A stretch of DNA of 64,000 bases from Candidatus Obscuribacteraceae bacterium (GTDB taxonomy: Bacteria; Cyanobacteriota; Vampirovibrionia; Obscuribacterales; Obscuribacteraceae). Positions within the stretch are counted from its first letter, which is position 1, and each line of letters starts with the position of its first letter. Shown here piece by piece: positions 10,088-17,832 of this stretch. Location: contig JBGAHS010000001.1 of the NCBI GenBank assembly GCA_044226015.1, positions 832,001-896,000 of the forward strand, in the 5' to 3' direction. A program made the position numbers and the translations under genes. The notes beneath the pieces were generated by a model. That model was given only the letters and a program-made list of their open reading frames with translations. It had not been told where the DNA came from and ran no database searches.

Positions 10088-10384
10088 TTACTTTCTCTTG
10101 CCGCCAGGAACAGCAACTGTTCTCGACAGAGCGTTCGTAACGAACAGATTGAGGCTGACGCCTTCTTTTTCAGCTCTGTCAACGAGTGCTTGGTGTAGAG
10201 AGCGGGGAAGACGAACTGTGAACTTACCGCTGTAATCAAGGTATTGTTCGTCCGAGCGTGGTGCGCGAGCTGGTGCTTTAGCCGGCTTTGGAGCTGGCTT
10301 ACGAGCTGGAACTGACTTTTTGAGAGCTGATTTGAGTTTTGCCGCTTTGCTAGCTGGCTTTTTTGCTTTAGCTTTTGTAGCCAT
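10088..10384 (-). CDS. HicB-family ribbon-helix-helix DNA-binding protein with Lys/Ala/Pro-rich N-terminal tail
   Basis: C-terminal YSGKFTVRLPRSLHQALVDRAEKEGVSLNLFVTNALS matches the HicB-type RHH domain; strong AAGGAG RBS; own terminator. Confidence 0.85.
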   Translation of the reverse strand: MATKAKAKKPASKAAKLKSALKKSVPARKPAPKPAKAPARAPRSDEQYLDYSGKFTVRLPRSLHQALVDRAEKEGVSLNLFVTNALSRTVAVPGGKRK

Positions 10385-10581
10385 GTTGTTCTCCTTATCC
10401 GAACCTACTTGTATTAATTCCGGTTACCTGGTGCCTACTAGCTGCCTGGCAGCCGGGCTCGTGCACTGGACCCTCAGGTTTTGCCGAAGGGCAAAACCAC
10501 CTCCGAAAGCACCAAGGTGCCTTCTGGAGAAATTATGTGATCTTGCCACCTAATACCACCTTAGGTGGCATGATCATTCTA
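10385..10581 (-). promoter_or_regulatory. Extended -10 promoter, long inverted repeat and multi-hairpin 5' leader of the RHH gene
   Basis: TGtTAGAAT on the minus strand (TAGAAT at 10581-10576); IR TGATCt-TGCCACCTAA-n7-TTAGGTGGCA-tGATCA at 10538-10576; hairpins at 10501-10529, 10477-10498, 10441-10453. Confidence 0.55.
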
Positions 10582-10664
10582 ACAGAACTTATACCCTAGA
10601 GATCTTTTGGATATGCATTAATATCTTTCCTGGTGCACCTCGAGAATGCTAAGCTGTCTAGGGT

Positions 10665-10703
10665 TTCGAAACCGGCACCAGCAGTGGGGCGCACCGGTTT
10701 TGA
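10665..10703. repeat. Degenerate single copy of the 35-bp repeat unit (REP-like hairpin)
   Basis: TTCGAAACCGGCACCAGCAGTGGGGCG-CACCGGTTTTGA aligns with array sequence TTCGAAACCGGAACCATGGGCGGGGCGGCACCGGATTCAG. Confidence 0.65.
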
Positions 10704-10761
10704 TGGCTGGTATCACGGGCGACACTTAGCATTAATTTAGAAAATTAAGGCGGAAATTCTT

Positions 10762-11868
10762 TTGAAAGTATTGATTATCAGGCTCAGCGCTATGGGAGAT
10801 ATAGTCCACGGACTACCTGCTGCTGCTTTGCTGAAAGAAAGACTGCCTGGGCTTGAGCTGAGCTGGCTTGTAGAACCCGCTGGAGTGCCTTTGCTGGAGG
10901 GAAACCCAGCTGTGGATAGGGTAATCGTTTTTCCCAAAAAGAAGTGGTTGCAGCAACTACGTACGGTGTCAAGGCTCTATGCCACCGCCGCTGAGGCTAA
11001 GACTTGGGCTTCCGAACTGAAGACCCTTCAATTTGATGCAGCTATTGACTTTCAAGGATTGTTGAAAAGTTCTGTCCTTGGCCTCGTATCTGGTGCCAGA
11101 AAGAGATTCGGATTTCAAGGCACCAGGGAAGGTGCGGATAAGTTCTTGACGCATCGGCTTGATGTTGGCGATTACTTTAGCCCTGAAACCCATGTGGTAG
11201 AGCACAATTTGCGTCTTGCCGATTTCGCAGCTCGTGTCTTACTTGGGCAAACTGAAAGCTCAGCTGATCAATCCTATATATATGAAGCAAAGTTCCCCCT
11301 ACCGGCACCATCGGCGACGTCGTTAGAAACGCTTAAACTGAATGCGGGGCAGTCTTTTGAAGCATTTCTTTCCCGACCAGGGCAGCGGCGCTTTGCCTTT
11401 ATCCCTGGTACCACTTGGACAACAAAAATTTGGGACTGGCAAAAGTGGGCCGAGCTTGCGGAAATGTGTTCGGAGACGACTCGTTTGCCCTTACTACTCT
11501 TGGGCGGTCCATCTGAATTGGAAATGAATCAGCATATCGCTGATAGGCTCGGAAGCAGAGTTCTCAATTTGACCGGAAAAACCGATATTCCGATGTTGCT
11601 TGAACTTTTCCGGCATGTTGATACCGTTATTGGTGCAGATACAGGACCTTTGCACCTGGCTGCTGCTGTTGGCATGCCTCAGGTGCTGGCAGTCTTTGGA
11701 AGCACTCCGTATAAAAGGAATGGACCCTACGGAGCTCACTGTTGTTCTGTTGCATTGAATCTGGAGTGCCAGCCCTGTTTCAAAAAGGTCTGTCCCTTGG
11801 GAACGCTAGCGTGCTTAAAAGAGCTAAGTGCCAAGCAGGTCTTTGCTGCAATACCTGAAGAGTCTTGA
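10762..11868 (+). CDS. GT9 ADP-heptose:LPS heptosyltransferase (WaaC/WaaF-like)
   Basis: KVLIIRLSAMGDIVH, AIDFQGLLKS, NLTGKT, GADTGPLHLAAA, C-terminal CQPCFKKVCP. Confidence 0.92.
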   Translation: MKVLIIRLSAMGDIVHGLPAAALLKERLPGLELSWLVEPAGVPLLEGNPAVDRVIVFPKKKWLQQLRTVSRLYATAAEAKTWASELKTLQFDAAIDFQGLLKSSVLGLVSGARKRFGFQGTREGADKFLTHRLDVGDYFSPETHVVEHNLRLADFAARVLLGQTESSADQSYIYEAKFPLPAPSATSLETLKLNAGQSFEAFLSRPGQRRFAFIPGTTWTTKIWDWQKWAELAEMCSETTRLPLLLLGGPSELEMNQHIADRLGSRVLNLTGKTDIPMLLELFRHVDTVIGADTGPLHLAAAVGMPQVLAVFGSTPYKRNGPYGAHCCSVALNLECQPCFKKVCPLGTLACLKELSAKQVFAAIPEES

Positions 11869-12265
11869 ACCGTCTGAGAATATTCTTATCTTTGCCGCGC
11901 CCGGGATATTGCTTCAATCGACATTGCCTTAAGTTCGTAGAGTCTGGCAGATTCAAATTATTCTCCACTCCAGGACTTCGAGCTCCGTCCGATAAAGCGT
12001 AAATTACAGCACTGACTCTATTTGCACACGCAAAATAGTGACTGATATTGCTACTTGCAGATTTGGATCACTTAGTTTGATCAAGGTACGTCTCATTTCT
12101 ATCTCTTCAATTAATTCACCATTTCAGATAGCACAGCACTTTCTTTTTTTTAATGATGGTATCGTATACGGTATCGATGATTCAGATCAGAGCAAATCAA
12201 GCTGTTGGGCTTAAGTCTGGAGTGCAAAAAGCGAGAAAATCCCTTTGGCGAAAATCGCCTTGAGC

Positions 12266-12299
12266 ACAAAGAAAAAGCGCTTGCATTCGCAAGCGCTTT
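12266..12299 (-). terminator. Intrinsic terminator of pcrA-ndk
   Basis: AAAGCGCTTGC-attc-GCAAGCGCTTT stem with T-tract on the minus strand, just after the ndk stop. Confidence 0.8.
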
Positions 12300-12325
12300 A
12301 TTCAAGAATGCAAACTATGGGTTAC

Positions 12326-12784
12326 TTATTCAGAAACCCAACATTGTAATGTTCTGTTCCAATCAACGAGTTCTTTATCGCCGAAGAAGATACCGAGCTC
12401 GCGCTTAGCACTTTCCGGACCATCAGAACCGTGAACGATATTTCTTCCGATTTCTAGAGCCAGATCACCACGGATGGTGCCCATGGCAGATTGAGCAGGA
12501 TTGGTGGCACCAATGATATTGCGGCAAATGGTAATTGCGTCCTTACCTTCAAACGCCATAGCAACAATTGGTCCTGAGGTGATAAAGTCAACCAAGCCAG
12601 CAAAGAATGGTTTTCCTTTATGCTCACCATAGTGGTTTTCCGCTAGTTCACGGCTTACTTGCATGAACTTCATACCAACCATCTTCAATCCTTTTCTCTC
12701 GAATCGGGAAACAATCTCGCCAATCAAACCTCTTTGTACGCCATCTGGCTTGATTGCTACGAATGTTCTTTGAACTTCAGCCAC
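12326..12784 (-). CDS. ndk: Nucleoside diphosphate kinase
   Basis: [33 protein letters not shown]. Confidence 0.98.
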   Translation of the reverse strand: MAEVQRTFVAIKPDGVQRGLIGEIVSRFERKGLKMVGMKFMQVSRELAENHYGEHKGKPFFAGLVDFITSGPIVAMAFEGKDAITICRNIIGATNPAQSAMGTIRGDLALEIGRNIVHGSDGPESAKRELGIFFGDKELVDWNRTLQCWVSE

Positions 12785-12815
12785 GGTAATTAATCCTCCA
12801 ATTGTGTTTTACTTT

Positions 12816-15749
12816 TTAGTCCATTTTTACAAGCTTTGCAAAGCGTGGGTCGAGAATTCTCTTTCCAGCGCTATCGAATTTAACAGCATATAGTTCTTTG
12901 TTGCCTTCGCCGATTACTTCGACTACTGACCCAACTCCGAACTTGCTGTGCATCACCTTATCGCCAACAACAAGTTTTTCAAATTCAGCTGACGGAGTGA
13001 TGTGGTCTTTGTCTGAACCCCACTTTGTTGATTCTTCCTTGGCAGAACCTGGTCCTGGAAGTCTTCCAAGAACTCTTGGTTTAGCAGGTGGTTGTGATGG
13101 TGAGGGACGAGATGGAGAACCTGAAGAACTTGAACTGCTGCGGTTGCCGTATGGAGAAGAACTTCCTGAAGATCTGTTTTGTCCGTAGGAGTTGCTGCCA
13201 CCACCCTTAGAGCCATAGGACGAAGACGAAGCTCCTTTACTCGAGGAAGATGAACCGCCATACCCAGAGGACCTGTTTTGTCCGTAAGAGTTGCTTGAAG
13301 ATCCTGAACCATAGCCACCCGAAGATCGCCCCTGGGACGGGCTGGAAGAACCTGACCCGTAAGAACTTGAACGATTGGAATTTCCGCCATAGCCGCTGCC
13401 GCTTGATCCGCTACTGCGATTTTGTCCGTATGAACCGGACGAGCCACTGCCATAGCTACCCGAACCACTGCGTCCCTGACCATAGCCGCCGGTAGAACCG
13501 CCGCCATATCCACCAGAGCGGTTCTTGTTCTTAAAGCTCGAGTTCCCGTCATCGTAATCTGGGTCGAAATCTTCGTATTCAGATTGGCGGCGTCCAAATG
13601 AATTTGAGCCAGCATAACCGCCACGGTTTCCGCCACCATATCCGCCACCACCACCATAGCTTGGCTCTGGTGGAAGTTCTTTCATTGATTCCAATCCCAT
13701 CAACATCTCAGGGTTGATTTCTTGCAAGAAGCGACTCGGTAGCGAGTAATTGGTATTGAAACCACCACCCTGGGCAAAAGATGAGCGCTTGCGAGCATAC
13801 GTCAAGTAGAGACGCTCTTCTGCTCGAGTAACCGCCACATACATCAGTCGGCGTTCTTCCTCAAGTTCTTTATCAGAGTTACGCGAACGTGAGTGTGGGA
13901 AAAGTCCCTCTTCCAGTCCAATTACAAAAACGTTTTCGAATTCGAGACCTTTTGAGGCGTGAATGGTCATGAGTTTAACTGCATCCTGACCGGCTTTGAT
14001 AGCGTCGAGATCGCTTACCAACGAGATATATGTCAGGAATGATTCCAACGTAGGTTCGTCTGCTGTGTCTTGAAACGCAGCTGCGACATTCACAAATTCC
14101 TCAATGTTCTCAACTCGTCCAACTGCAAGTTCGTCCTTCGAAGAAGCTGCATCCTCTTTTAGCTTAGTGATGTAGCCAGATTGAACAAGGATAAGACTTA
14201 CCAGTTCTGCAACCGGTATCTGGCTTGACTTGTTGTGCCAGTCTTGCACAAGTAAGCCAAACTCTTTGAGTCCCTTTGATGCTTTAGGTGTGAGGCTTCC
14301 GCATTGCTCGGCTAGAAGGCATGCTTCCAATGCACCGAAATTTTGCTTTTCGGCAAAGTCTTTCAAATGGTCAAGGCTTGTATTGCCAATGCCTCGTTTG
14401 GGCACATTGACACAACGCAAAAACGCTTGCATATCTTGTGGGTTAAAGATGAACTTTAGATAGCCGATGATATCTTTGATTTCAGCGCGTTCGTAGAATC
14501 GCGTTCCACCTACCATGATATATGGAATATTGCTTCGAACCAGAACTTCTTCTATTGCGCGGCTGAGTGAGTTCGTTCTGTACAGTACGCAGGTGTCTGA
14601 CAACGATATGCCGCGAATCTGCAATCGTTTTACTTCTTCTGCAACAAAGTACGCTTCATCGATTTCGTCCGTTCCTGCATTGACTCTGACCTTGCCTCCC
14701 TTGCCTTTATTGCAACGAAGTACTTTGTCAATTCTCTCGGAGTTGTTTTTGATGATGTCGTTGGCGACATCAAGTATGGTGGCATTAGAGCGGTAATTCT
14801 CTTCTAGCTTGATCATCAAACAACTCTTGTAGTCATTTTGAAATCCTAGAATGATTCTAAAATCGGCCTGACGCCATGAATAAATAGATTGGTCTACGTC
14901 ACCAACAACCATCAGTGTGCGTTGGTGCCAGAGCTGCTCGAGGTCCGCTGCGGTGGCATCCTTTGGCTCTGCTGGTGCGAGCATTCGCACAAGTTTGTAC
15001 TGAGATTGATTTGTGTCCTGAAACTCATCAACGAGGACATGCTTAAATCGTTCTTGCATTCTTTGTCTGACTTCAAGATTTTGTTCAAGCAACTGACTGA
15101 ATGTAAGAATCAAATCATCAAAGTCGAAGGCATTATTACGTGCTAGCGAGGCTTGATATGCGGTGAATATCTCTGAGAACTTCTGATCGGCATATGCCTT
15201 TGCGTTCTTTGAATATTCGTAAGATGTGACTCCGTCGTTTTTGAAGGAAGATATACGACTGCGCATCTCTTTTGGCGGATACATTTTGTCGTCCAAGTTC
15301 AATTTCGAAATGGCATCTTTGACGAGGCTCAGGCTGTCGGTCTCATCGTATATAACAAAGTTAGTCTTCCACTTATATCCTTCTGGCGTTGAATAGTTTT
15401 CAATCTCAGTTCTCAGCAATCTTGCGCATACGCTGTGGAAGGTTCCAATCGTCAATTGCTTGGCTGTTCGGGTTCCTACAAGTGCCTCGAGACGATCTCG
15501 CATCTCGCCTGCAGCCTTATTAGTGAATGTGACTGCAAGAACTGAGTGGGCTGGTGCTTTCAGTGCACTAAGCAAATAAGCTACACGGCGCGTCAGAACT
15601 GTTGTCTTACCGCTTCCGGCTCCAGCGATAACAAGAGATGGTCCCCATTTGAGACTAACTGCCTGCTGCTGCTCTTTATTTAGTCGGGCAAATAGATCTT
15701 CGATATTCACGATAGTTACGACATGGGCATTGGTGGTTGTGCTTTGCAT
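12816..15749 (-). CDS. pcrA: ATP-dependent DNA helicase PcrA/UvrD with a long Gly/Ser/Tyr-rich linker before the C-terminal Tudor-like domain
   Basis: AGAGSGKT, TFTNKAA, DEFQDTN, VVGDVDQSIY, LEENYRS, TIHASKGLEF, EEERRLMYVAVTRA; C-terminal VGDKVMHSKFGVG. Start could be TTG 15767. Confidence 0.96.
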   Translation of the reverse strand: MQSTTTNAHVVTIVNIEDLFARLNKEQQQAVSLKWGPSLVIAGAGSGKTTVLTRRVAYLLSALKAPAHSVLAVTFTNKAAGEMRDRLEALVGTRTAKQLTIGTFHSVCARLLRTEIENYSTPEGYKWKTNFVIYDETDSLSLVKDAISKLNLDDKMYPPKEMRSRISSFKNDGVTSYEYSKNAKAYADQKFSEIFTAYQASLARNNAFDFDDLILTFSQLLEQNLEVRQRMQERFKHVLVDEFQDTNQSQYKLVRMLAPAEPKDATAADLEQLWHQRTLMVVGDVDQSIYSWRQADFRIILGFQNDYKSCLMIKLEENYRSNATILDVANDIIKNNSERIDKVLRCNKGKGGKVRVNAGTDEIDEAYFVAEEVKRLQIRGISLSDTCVLYRTNSLSRAIEEVLVRSNIPYIMVGGTRFYERAEIKDIIGYLKFIFNPQDMQAFLRCVNVPKRGIGNTSLDHLKDFAEKQNFGALEACLLAEQCGSLTPKASKGLKEFGLLVQDWHNKSSQIPVAELVSLILVQSGYITKLKEDAASSKDELAVGRVENIEEFVNVAAAFQDTADEPTLESFLTYISLVSDLDAIKAGQDAVKLMTIHASKGLEFENVFVIGLEEGLFPHSRSRNSDKELEEERRLMYVAVTRAEERLYLTYARKRSSFAQGGGFNTNYSLPSRFLQEINPEMLMGLESMKELPPEPSYGGGGGYGGGNRGGYAGSNSFGRRQSEYEDFDPDYDDGNSSFKNKNRSGGYGGGSTGGYGQGRSGSGSYGSGSSGSYGQNRSSGSSGSGYGGNSNRSSSYGSGSSSPSQGRSSGGYGSGSSSNSYGQNRSSGYGGSSSSSKGASSSSYGSKGGGSNSYGQNRSSGSSSPYGNRSSSSSSGSPSRPSPSQPPAKPRVLGRLPGPGSAKEESTKWGSDKDHITPSAEFEKLVVGDKVMHSKFGVGSVVEVIGEGNKELYAVKFDSAGKRILDPRFAKLVKMD

Positions 15750-16108
15750 GGAGTTACCTGTAGTCAAGTTTGCATCGAATAACCAAGAACCTGCAAAGTT
15801 GCAGATTCACTTTACAAGCGATTTCCGGACACCGAGATCGGCGCTCGACGCTTGAGGGACATACACCTTGAAGCTTTGCTTTCGTAAGACTAAATTTGTC
15901 GTCCATTCAGTATTGAAGAAAAACTATTTTACGACTTGTAAACTGAGACTGTGAAGGCTTCCTAACGGAGACGACAGAAGGTACTCTTAATGGCGATAGC
16001 AATTGCTGGTGGGAGAGGCCAGAATAATACCAGAGGCCAACAGCTCTCACCCTAAGAATCAATTCCACTTGAATTGGCTTACTTCTTACTTAAGTAGATG
16101 GTGACTAG

Positions 16109-16630
16109 ATGACTTCACAAGGTCCAGCACAATCAGCAACGGTACCAACCGTCGATGAACTCGCTCAAGAGCTGCTCCTAATTCAACAGTCGGGACCAAG
16201 ACGTGTAGCCATTATTGGCTCGCGAAATCTCCCTCTGACGCATCAGCAACTCGTTGAGATGCTTGCATATGCTCTGGTGCTTTCGGGCAACCAGGTTGTA
16301 ACCAGCGGTGGTGCCAATGGTACCAACATGGCTGCAATCCGCGGCGCTCAAAGAGCCAACCCAGATCGTCTGGAGATAATTCTTCCTCAGACAATCGGGC
16401 AGCAGCCGCCAGAAGTTCAAGACTTGCTGATTGGCGTTCGCAACATAATTGAATATCCTGATAGAAGAAACATGACCCTGGCAGATGCCAGTAAGTTGTG
16501 CAACCATGAAATTGTTGACCGCAGCCAGCAAATAATTTGTTTCCTCTGGCACACAAGCTATACACTGTTAGAGTCGGTCAATTATGCTAAGGATCACAGA
16601 AAGATAGTTACTAACTTCTATCTGGACTAG
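16109..16630 (+). CDS. Cyanobacterial-type short DprA/SLOG ('DNA recombination-mediator protein A') family protein
   Basis: VAIIGSR, VVTSGGANGTNMAAIRGA, ILPQTI..QP, CNHEIV, C-terminal FYLD, resembling the conserved cyanobacterial family. Confidence 0.8.
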   Translation: MTSQGPAQSATVPTVDELAQELLLIQQSGPRRVAIIGSRNLPLTHQQLVEMLAYALVLSGNQVVTSGGANGTNMAAIRGAQRANPDRLEIILPQTIGQQPPEVQDLLIGVRNIIEYPDRRNMTLADASKLCNHEIVDRSQQIICFLWHTSYTLLESVNYAKDHRKIVTNFYLD

Positions 16631-16652
16631 GCTGAATCTTCAGGATTAGTGC

Positions 16653-17798
16653 TTGAACCTTTCAACGTTGAATGAGAATCCGTTTTTGCCGCTTGTTTTG
16701 ACGGCTTTTGCGGCGATGTTTTTGTGTCTTGGTTTATATCCACTGTATATAAAGTGGCTAAAAGCCAAACAGATCTCTCAGTATATTCGTGAAGAAGGTC
16801 CCAAGAGTCACGCCGCTAAAGCGAAGACTCCCACGATGGGCGGTCTTTGCTTTATCTTTTCTATCGTGCTTGTTGCCGGCACATTCCTTCTAATAAACAA
16901 TCTGGTCTCGGTTGAGTATAGAAGCCGTGCTTTGATTGCACTTCTAACCCCAGTATTTTGTGGGCTAATCGGTTTTGCTGACGACTACGGAAAAATCACA
17001 AGCAAGTCAAATGCCGGACTTTCTGCCAGGCTGAGACTCATACTTGAGTTCGCACTTGGCGCAGTACTCGGTGTGGCTATCTACTATTGGAACCTGGTAC
17101 CTGATTTTGTCTACGCGATAGATATTGGGCCCGAGGGCATCAGCACAAAAACATTTCCTCATTTTACTGGGCTGCTAGAAATGGCTTACGTAGTTCTGTT
17201 TGTGCCATTTCTTATGGCGGCGACCAGCAACGCGCTCAACCTTCACGATGGCATGGACGGACTGGCTGCTGGTACCTCCTGCATCGTTTTTATTACACTG
17301 GCTTTGATGCTGCTTGCATCTGGCCAGTGGACACTTTCCTGGGTTGCATCTACTGCCGCCGGTGCGCTTTTGGGATTTCTCTTTTTCAATAAAAATCCGG
17401 CTAAGGTTTTCATGGGCGACACAGGCAGTCTCTTCCTGGGGGCATTGATGGCCAGTCTGGTCGTCTGCGGCGGTCTTGTCATTTGGTTTGTGCCACTGTC
17501 TCTCATTTATATCGTCGAGGCAGTTTCTGTGATGGCTCAGGTCTCTTATTTCAAGCTGACGAAACCTTACACGCCAGCAAAGCCGATGGATTCAATATCT
17601 CTAGCCATTTACAAGCTAACCCACAGACTTCCTGGCGACGGAAAACGTTTGCTGCGCATGGCGCCAATGCACCATCACTTCGAAGCGCTTGCTGCTGAAA
17701 AGGGGATAAAGGAGAAGGAAGTAGTAGTCTATTTTTGGTTGCTTCAGATTGCTATCAGCTCAATTTGCATCTTGTTTTTCAGACATGTACATTCTTAG
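16653..17798 (+). CDS. mraY: Phospho-N-acetylmuramoyl-pentapeptide transferase
   Basis: IREEGPKSH..KAKTPTMGG, GFADDY, SNALNLHDGMDGL, VFMGDTGS, MAPMHHHFE. Confidence 0.97.
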   Translation: MNLSTLNENPFLPLVLTAFAAMFLCLGLYPLYIKWLKAKQISQYIREEGPKSHAAKAKTPTMGGLCFIFSIVLVAGTFLLINNLVSVEYRSRALIALLTPVFCGLIGFADDYGKITSKSNAGLSARLRLILEFALGAVLGVAIYYWNLVPDFVYAIDIGPEGISTKTFPHFTGLLEMAYVVLFVPFLMAATSNALNLHDGMDGLAAGTSCIVFITLALMLLASGQWTLSWVASTAAGALLGFLFFNKNPAKVFMGDTGSLFLGALMASLVVCGGLVIWFVPLSLIYIVEAVSVMAQVSYFKLTKPYTPAKPMDSISLAIYKLTHRLPGDGKRLLRMAPMHHHFEALAAEKGIKEKEVVVYFWLLQIAISSICILFFRHVHS

Positions 17799-17832
17799 CT
17801 ATACTCTTTAGGTCCACGTCCCTAAGGTCCCC

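Noticed and set aside
9719..10235. Several overlapping repetitive ORFs (EPEPWAGRH..., GTMGGAAPDS...)
   Set aside because: They arise because the 35-bp unit lacks stop codons and shifts frame each copy. No RBS was seen, and one runs through a terminator into the antisense of a real gene.
10088..10384. Complete hicAB toxin-antitoxin module
   Set aside because: No HicA-like ORF on either side, and the protein lacks the toxin-binding N-terminal domain.
10485..10530. c-di-GMP-I riboswitch (GGCAAAACC...CGAAAG on the + strand)
   Set aside because: The GGGACGCAAAGC-type continuation is missing and the orientation is opposite to the adjacent gene.
11869..12260. Hidden gene or sRNA in the AT-rich gap between the heptosyltransferase and ndk
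   Set aside because: Only short ORFs and weak palindromes; nothing supportable by eye.
12953..13657. 234-aa alternative-frame ORF inside pcrA
   Set aside because: A by-product of Gly/Ser codon bias in the low-complexity tract; no independent signals.
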